Below, piece by piece: positions 37,323 through 42,622 of a stretch of 42,622 bases of DNA; positions within the stretch are counted from its first letter, which is position 1, and every line of letters starts with the position of its first letter. Origin of the DNA: Bdellovibrionota bacterium (GTDB lineage: Bacteria; Bdellovibrionota_C; UBA2361); the NCBI GenBank assembly GCA_044352465.1, contig JBILDU010000012.1:1-42622 (forward strand). The letters are read 5' to 3'. The notes beneath the pieces were generated by a model. It saw nothing but the letters and a program-made list of their open reading frames with translations. It searched no databases and was not told where the DNA came from. Position numbers and translations under genes: made by a program.

Positions 37323-37954
37323 AAGGCACACTCAGCCCCACAGACACCGATAAGGCACGCTTTTTCACAACCGAAGGAGCCGATGCCGCTAAAACTAGAG
37401 CCTGGCTTCGTGGAGAAGCCGACCCCACACGAGCGTCGACATTCCCACTCATTCCTGCTCCGGCACCGGCGGCATTTCGCCGCTCCCGGTTTGGCCGCCT
37501 CCTCAGCCAGGGCGGATCTCCGCGAGGAGGGGCACAATCGCGAAAGACAGGCGAGCCGACACCGGGGCTTGTTCGCGTCATCGCTCTCTCGACACTCGAT
37601 CTCACAACCGCGAGACTCCCCCTCGAGGCAGAGATCAGTTTCCCCAATCGACTCACCTTGTTCCGGTGTCGGAGCGCGCGCCTCCTCGCGACACCGTGAT
37701 TTTAAGCACCGCTCGATACACCGAAAATGCTCTCGGTCGAACTCGGTGCGGCACTGCTCTCCGCACACCCCCCGGTCGCTCTCGCCGCAGACAGAAAGCC
37801 CGCCCGAGGGTGAGGCCACCGCTCCGCAATCGGTCCACTCGCACCTTGATCCGGGGTCTCCCCGTTCCTCGGCGGCGACAGCAGCACAAAACAATCCAAG
37901 AAGGAGCATGAGGGCTAAAAAGACTCTCAGCGGAGGGGGAGTAGTTAATCTCAC
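37319..37954 (-). CDS. Secreted cysteine-rich repeat protein
   Basis: Signal-like LRVFLALMLLLGLFCAAVAA; 22 Cys after it, with three C-x7-C-x3-C-xn-C-x3-C-x4-C repeats. Start uncertain (GTG 37954; track 38023). Confidence 0.75.
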   Translation of the reverse strand: MRLTTPPPLRVFLALMLLLGLFCAAVAAEERGDPGSRCEWTDCGAVASPSGGLSVCGESDRGVCGEQCRTEFDREHFRCIERCLKSRCREEARAPTPEQGESIGETDLCLEGESRGCEIECRESDDANKPRCRLACLSRLCPSSRRSALAEEAAKPGAAKCRRCRSRNEWECRRSCGVGFSTKPGSSFSGIGSFGCEKACLIGVCGAECAF

Positions 37955-38112
37955 AAGGAACTCAACTTCATATCGGTGACTCGAACCCAGTTTAGGCCGG
38001 GAGGAGAGGGCGCTCTGACGCAAGGACTACCCTTTTACGGTAACAACCCCGACCGCGAGGTGACAACCGCGCATCATACGAATCAACTCACTGAAGGGAT
38101 AAAAAGGGTAAA

Positions 38113-39252
38113 ATGACCCATCCCGGCGCCACCCCTCGATCCACTCTTCATATGCTCCCCGTCGAGGAGATCCCTCCCGTTTTAAGCGAGGTCATGGATG
38201 TTCGCATCGCCCTTAGTCGCCCGAACGCGGCGATCTTTAGAGGCCCCCTCCTTACCCCACCGAGCAGAGCCTACGAGCGCCTGAGGCGCGCATTTCCGGA
38301 ACACTCAGTAATCCTCGATGAAGATCCAGAGGTTGGTGCCCGCCTCGCCATCATCCCCAATCTCTCCAACTCGGTGGCGAAGGCTCACCCGGTCGTCGCG
38401 GTGGTGCTCCTACTCCTTACCTTGGTGACGACCACCGTTGCCGGCTCGATTTACGCAGTCGATGCTGTCGATGGTGGAACTATCGCCTTTCTGCGCGGCC
38501 TACCGTATGCACTCGGCCTCATGGCGATCCTGGGAGTTCACGAAATGGGGCATTACGTCGCCGCACGACGGCACAAGATGAGCGTCTCGCTCCCCTATTT
38601 TATACCCGCGCCATCCGCGCTCGGAACGTTTGGAGCTTTCATAAGGCTCAAAAGCCCCGCACCCAACCGGACCGCCCTCTTCGATACCGCGGTATCCGGG
38701 CCGCTAGCCGGCCTCGTCGTCGCGATACCGGTTTTGGTGCTGGGGCTCCGTTCCTCCGAGATTACGACGACACCGCTCGTCCCCCTCGAGACTCCCCTCG
38801 ACTTCGGCCAAGCGAACATCAATGCCTCCCTGCTTTTGGGGATCCTCGCCCGACTCGCGCTCCCAGCACCGCTTGCTGCCGATAGCGTTGTGCTCTTGAG
38901 CCCACTCGCCTTTGCCGGTTGGCTGGGGCTGTTTGTCACAGCGCTGAACCTGGTGCCGATAGGACAGCTCGACGGTGGACACATCATTCAAGCGATGTTC
39001 GGCCGACGTATCGGGGAGGCGATCGGATCCCTTGCAACCGGCCTGCTCCTTTTGATTGCGATATTCTTTGTGCCCGCACTCCTCCTCTGGGCATTGATCG
39101 TCCTGCTCATCGCTGGCCGTCCCGCACCGACGCTCAATGACCTCACCCCGATATCGGTAGGACGACGAATCACCGGCCTGGGGGCGATCCTTCTCTTCCT
39201 AAGCATCATTCTGCCCTACCCCACTGTGAGCCTCTCGGATCTCACCCCGTAA
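38113..39252 (+). CDS. Site-2 protease (peptidase M50)
   Basis: ILGVHEMGH, SLPYFIP, GTFGAFI, SGPLAG, ALNLVPIGQLDGGHI; multiple TMs. Confidence 0.93.
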   Translation: MTHPGATPRSTLHMLPVEEIPPVLSEVMDVRIALSRPNAAIFRGPLLTPPSRAYERLRRAFPEHSVILDEDPEVGARLAIIPNLSNSVAKAHPVVAVVLLLLTLVTTTVAGSIYAVDAVDGGTIAFLRGLPYALGLMAILGVHEMGHYVAARRHKMSVSLPYFIPAPSALGTFGAFIRLKSPAPNRTALFDTAVSGPLAGLVVAIPVLVLGLRSSEITTTPLVPLETPLDFGQANINASLLLGILARLALPAPLAADSVVLLSPLAFAGWLGLFVTALNLVPIGQLDGGHIIQAMFGRRIGEAIGSLATGLLLLIAIFFVPALLLWALIVLLIAGRPAPTLNDLTPISVGRRITGLGAILLFLSIILPYPTVSLSDLTP

Positions 39253-39424
39253 GATTTTCTACCGGCGCGAGGCTCTCCAAGCGGGATATGAGCGCGGCCA
39301 GGACAGGCGCCCCGAATTATGAGCCCGAGTCTGGTTGCTCTTTTTAGACCCCCCGCTCGTCTGTTGTCTTTTTGTACCTCCACCACTGGCTATCCGCCCC
39401 AAGGCTCGCTAGCATCTGGCGTGT

Positions 39425-40777
39425 ATGCGCGCCATTCACACCCGCAAAGCGGCCCTTGAAATACTCGTTCGCTCAGAGACTCGGGGAGCGTTCTCGTCGG
39501 AGCTGCTCGCGCGGGCGGCCCGATCAAAAGCGATTCACCTTCCCCTCCTGCAACGGCTCGTCAAAGGAACGATCGAGTGGCGTGGCCGTATCGACGACGA
39601 ACTCGCCGCTCGGATACCCCGCCCCCTCTCGCAGTACTCTCCCACCGCCCGCAATATCTTGCGCCTTGCCGCCTATCAGCTCCTCTTTCTTGAACGTGTC
39701 CCGTATGAACGGGTGGTTACCGAATCGGCAGCGCTCCTTTCAACCGAGAAAGTGTCCATTCGCGAGGAGGTACGCGGCGTCATTGAGGGACTACGCAACA
39801 AAAGTCCCGCAGCAAAGCCTCCCCGTACTCCGGAAACAGCCGCGGAGATCGCACGATACTACAGCCACCCCGAATGGCTTATCGAACGCTGGATCGCGAC
39901 ACTCGGGGTCGCCGAGACTCGGCGACTCTGCGGGGCAAACAACCGCGCCTGGCCGGTCTCGATTCGAGCGAACACACTGCGCATATCCCCTCACCAACTC
40001 GCCAAGACCCTGGCGCGCGAAGGAGTCACCACGGCTCCGTCGCGGTATGTGCCGGAGTGTCTGGTTATCAAATCACTTCCCCGCGGGATTCGGCTCGACC
40101 AACTGGAGGGGTTTCAACGGGGCATGTTTCAGGTTCAAGATGAGAGCGCCGCACTCGTCGGGCATCTCATGTCACCGCGCGCCAACGATTTCGTGATCGA
40201 TCTGTGCGCTGCCCCCGGAGGGAAGGCGACCCACCTCGCCACTCTCATGCGCAACCGCGGCGAGGTCTTAGCGCTCGATCTTAATGCCACTCGACTCCGC
40301 TCGATAACCCAGAACTCCCGTCGCCTGGGGCTTTCGATCGTCAAGACACGCGCGGGAGACGCGGCGAAGCTACGCTCCAAACATCTCGCCGACCGGGTGT
40401 TGCTCGATGCGCCGTGCTCCGGATTCGGTGTGCTCGGGAGAAAAACGGATATCCGCTGGGCGAAGACCCCCGCTACTATCAAGGAGCTCGTGGTGCTGCA
40501 AACGAAACTTATCGATCACGCCGCGACCCTGGTTCGCCCGGGCGGAGTCCTCGTCTACAGCACGTGTACGGTGGAGCGCGAGGAGAACGAGGGGATTATC
40601 GAGGCCTTCCTTGATCGACATCCCGACTTCCAACTGCTCCCGCCGCCAGCTGAATTACCGAAGAGCCTCTTTCACGGGAACTACCTTCGAACATGGCCTC
40701 ATCGCCACGGTATCGGTGGCGCATTCGCAGCAGCTCTAGCCCGGGTCACCCCCCCTCAGAGGGGCAATGCAGGCTAG
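39425..40777 (+). CDS. rsmB: 16S rRNA m5C967 methyltransferase RsmB/Sun
   Basis: NusB-like N-terminus (ILRLAAYQLLFL); YSHPEWL; VQDES; DLCAAPGGKA; DAPCSG; YSTCT. Confidence 0.93.
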   Translation: MRAIHTRKAALEILVRSETRGAFSSELLARAARSKAIHLPLLQRLVKGTIEWRGRIDDELAARIPRPLSQYSPTARNILRLAAYQLLFLERVPYERVVTESAALLSTEKVSIREEVRGVIEGLRNKSPAAKPPRTPETAAEIARYYSHPEWLIERWIATLGVAETRRLCGANNRAWPVSIRANTLRISPHQLAKTLAREGVTTAPSRYVPECLVIKSLPRGIRLDQLEGFQRGMFQVQDESAALVGHLMSPRANDFVIDLCAAPGGKATHLATLMRNRGEVLALDLNATRLRSITQNSRRLGLSIVKTRAGDAAKLRSKHLADRVLLDAPCSGFGVLGRKTDIRWAKTPATIKELVVLQTKLIDHAATLVRPGGVLVYSTCTVEREENEGIIEAFLDRHPDFQLLPPPAELPKSLFHGNYLRTWPHRHGIGGAFAAALARVTPPQRGNAG

Positions 40778-40914
40778 AAAGGCCATAGATGCTCATGTAA
40801 ACTGCGAGCACTCGAGTTAATGCCTCGAGCAGTGGTTAAATTTTTGTCTCTTGGAGGCGGCGGCAACGCCATCCCCGGCTGTCGACCGGTTATTCGACCA
40901 ACACACGCGAGTCT

Positions 40915-42147
40915 GTGACGATGCTTTCCCCACCACCGATCGAATACTGGCGCAGCGCTACGGGAGCTGACCTTCTCAAACGGGCCCAAGAGCTCGCCGA
41001 GGCGACGAACTTCGACGGAGCGACATTGGCGCTGCGGATTAAAAGTGCGGCGAAATCGGTCGGGGTGACGGAGCTCAACGGCGTCATCGATCTCGTGCTC
41101 GCGCGCCATAAGGCCACCGCGCGGCTCGGAAAATGGTGCCAGGAGGCGTTCCTTACCTGCCGCAGCGTTGAGCAGGCCTCGCGGCCAGAGATCGCCGGCT
41201 ACCGTGCCCAGGGTTTTGCCAGTTCGAGACATGTGCTCGAGATCGGCACCGGCGCGGGATTCGACACCGCCCATATCGCCCACGTCGCCCACCGGGTCAC
41301 CACCCTCGAACCTGACGCGCGGCTCGCCGAAATGGCCCGATTTAATTTAGCGCTCCAAGGAATTGAGAACGTCGAGGTTCGGGTCAGTACCGCCGAGGAC
41401 TTTCTTGTGTCGAACGATTTGAACCCGTTCGACGGGCTGTACGCCGATCCTTCGAGACGTGATAGCACGGGAGCCCGGATTCGGGCCGCCGAGGACTACC
41501 TGCCACCGGTCGGTCTCATCGTCGCGGCACCGATCAAGGGAGTCGTCGGCATTAAAGCATCCCCGGCGCTCGATATCGCCCTTCCGGAGGGATGGGGGCG
41601 TCAATTTATCGGCTTCGCCGGTGAGTGTCTCGAGCAGACCTTGTGGTCCGGCCGACCCGCCCCGCTTCCCGCGGTCTTTCTCGCCGACACCGCCACCCCG
41701 TGGTTTGACACAGGTGCATGCCCCGCCCTCCTTGCCGCCGACGAGCTGCCGAGCGGCTATCTTCTCGATCCACATCCCGCCCTCGTGCGCGCCCATGCGG
41801 TCGGCTCATTTTATGCTGAACACGGTCTCCGCGAGATCGATCCCCGCTCCCCCTACGGATTATCAAGTGAGCCTTGCATGACTCCGTTCGGCCAACCGTT
41901 TCGAATCATCGAGAGTTTTCCGTTTCGACTCCGCGACCTTAAATCGCGCCTCGAAGCGCTGCGGTGGACTAACCGCACCGAGATTAAGAAACGGGGGGTC
42001 GAGGAGGATCCCGATCAACTGAGGCTAAAGCTCAAGCTTCCGCGCCAGGCTCACCCCACCGATCCCTTCGGCGTGGTGATTTTAGCCCGTCGAGGTGAGA
42101 GTATCCTCGCGATCCTGGCTGAACGGCTACGAAGTGGGGAGGAATAA
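40915..42147 (+). CDS. Class I SAM-dependent methyltransferase with a THUMP-like C-terminal domain
   Basis: EQAS...IAGYRA, VLEIGTGAGFD, YADPSRR, IKASP, YLLDPHPALVRA, EIKKRGV..DPDQLR. Confidence 0.82.
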   Translation: MTMLSPPPIEYWRSATGADLLKRAQELAEATNFDGATLALRIKSAAKSVGVTELNGVIDLVLARHKATARLGKWCQEAFLTCRSVEQASRPEIAGYRAQGFASSRHVLEIGTGAGFDTAHIAHVAHRVTTLEPDARLAEMARFNLALQGIENVEVRVSTAEDFLVSNDLNPFDGLYADPSRRDSTGARIRAAEDYLPPVGLIVAAPIKGVVGIKASPALDIALPEGWGRQFIGFAGECLEQTLWSGRPAPLPAVFLADTATPWFDTGACPALLAADELPSGYLLDPHPALVRAHAVGSFYAEHGLREIDPRSPYGLSSEPCMTPFGQPFRIIESFPFRLRDLKSRLEALRWTNRTEIKKRGVEEDPDQLRLKLKLPRQAHPTDPFGVVILARRGESILAILAERLRSGEE

Positions 42148-42151
42148 TACC

Positions 42152-42622
42152 ATGATCACCATCGATCGAGAGGGTCTCCGCTCGGGCGCGGAGCACTTGG
42201 GTATCCCTCTGTCAGAGGAGCAGGTCGGTCAATTTGAGCGGTATGCTGAGCTCCTCGCCCACTGGAACGAGCGCATCAATCTTACCCGCATCCCCGCAGA
42301 TAAAATCGTACCGCTCCATTTTCTGGATAGCTTGCTACTCCACCACGCCTTTCCCCTTCACGAGGTTCGCTCGCTCATCGACGTCGGCACCGGTGCGGGC
42401 TTTCCTGGAATCCCTCTGGCTATCGCCTTCCCTAAGATCGCCTTCACCCTTATCGACTCGACCCGTAAAAAGGTCGATTTCATCAACTGCGTCGTGGCGA
42501 CGCTTGGCTTAAAAAATGTGACACTGCTCCATACGCGAGCGGAAGATGGCGCTCGCGATCCGAGTCTGCGCGAGCGGTTCGACCTCGCGACTGCCCGCGC
42601 GGTAGCCTCGCTCGACATCCTG
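42152..42622 (+). CDS. rsmG: 16S rRNA m7G527 methyltransferase RsmG (GidB), 5' part only
   Basis: Hand translation from ATG 42152 (GGAGG RBS): ...LLAHWNERINLT...HFLDSL...LIDVGTGAGFPGIPLAI...LIDSTRKKVDF...RAED...FDLATARAVA; runs off the window. Confidence 0.95.
   Translation, partial: MITIDREGLRSGAEHLGIPLSEEQVGQFERYAELLAHWNERINLTRIPADKIVPLHFLDSLLLHHAFPLHEVRSLIDVGTGAGFPGIPLAIAFPKIAFTLIDSTRKKVDFINCVVATLGLKNVTLLHTRAEDGARDPSLRERFDLATARAVASLDIL

Overview
A GC-rich stretch of a Gram-negative bacterial chromosome. Gene order (ftsK-lolA-rimO; lolE-lolD-bamA-skp-fabZ-lpxA-lpxI) suggests a Deltaproteobacteria/Bdellovibrionota-like lineage; this is inferred, not established. From 1 to ~34.1 kb nearly all genes are on the minus strand: a partial GT2 glycosyltransferase, rimO, lolA, ftsK, a lipoprotein, an M16 peptidase pair, YihY, thiL, an orphan sigma54 response regulator, an orphan MoxR AAA+ ATPase, a four-gene block (TPR/discoidin-like protein, short family-5 SBP, wza, wzc), the envelope/lipid A operon without lpxD or lpxB, an alpha/beta hydrolase and a PP2C-like phosphatase with a large insertion. 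From 34.3 kb most genes are on the plus strand: gltX, an amber-interrupted membrane protein gene, an M50 protease and three tandem SAM methyltransferases (rsmB, THUMP-like, partial rsmG). I found no rRNA, tRNA, CRISPR array, transposase or integrase. The most unusual items are: (1) a 119-bp element of two related, CTAG-bounded hairpins with compensatory changes, overlapping the stop codon of (2) a secreted protein with three exactly spaced six-cysteine repeats; (3) the atypical wza/wzc operon; (4) the inserted PP2C on a probably leaderless transcript; (5) a ~40% Asp/Glu protein with basic tails. All calls come from reading motifs by eye; no searches were run.
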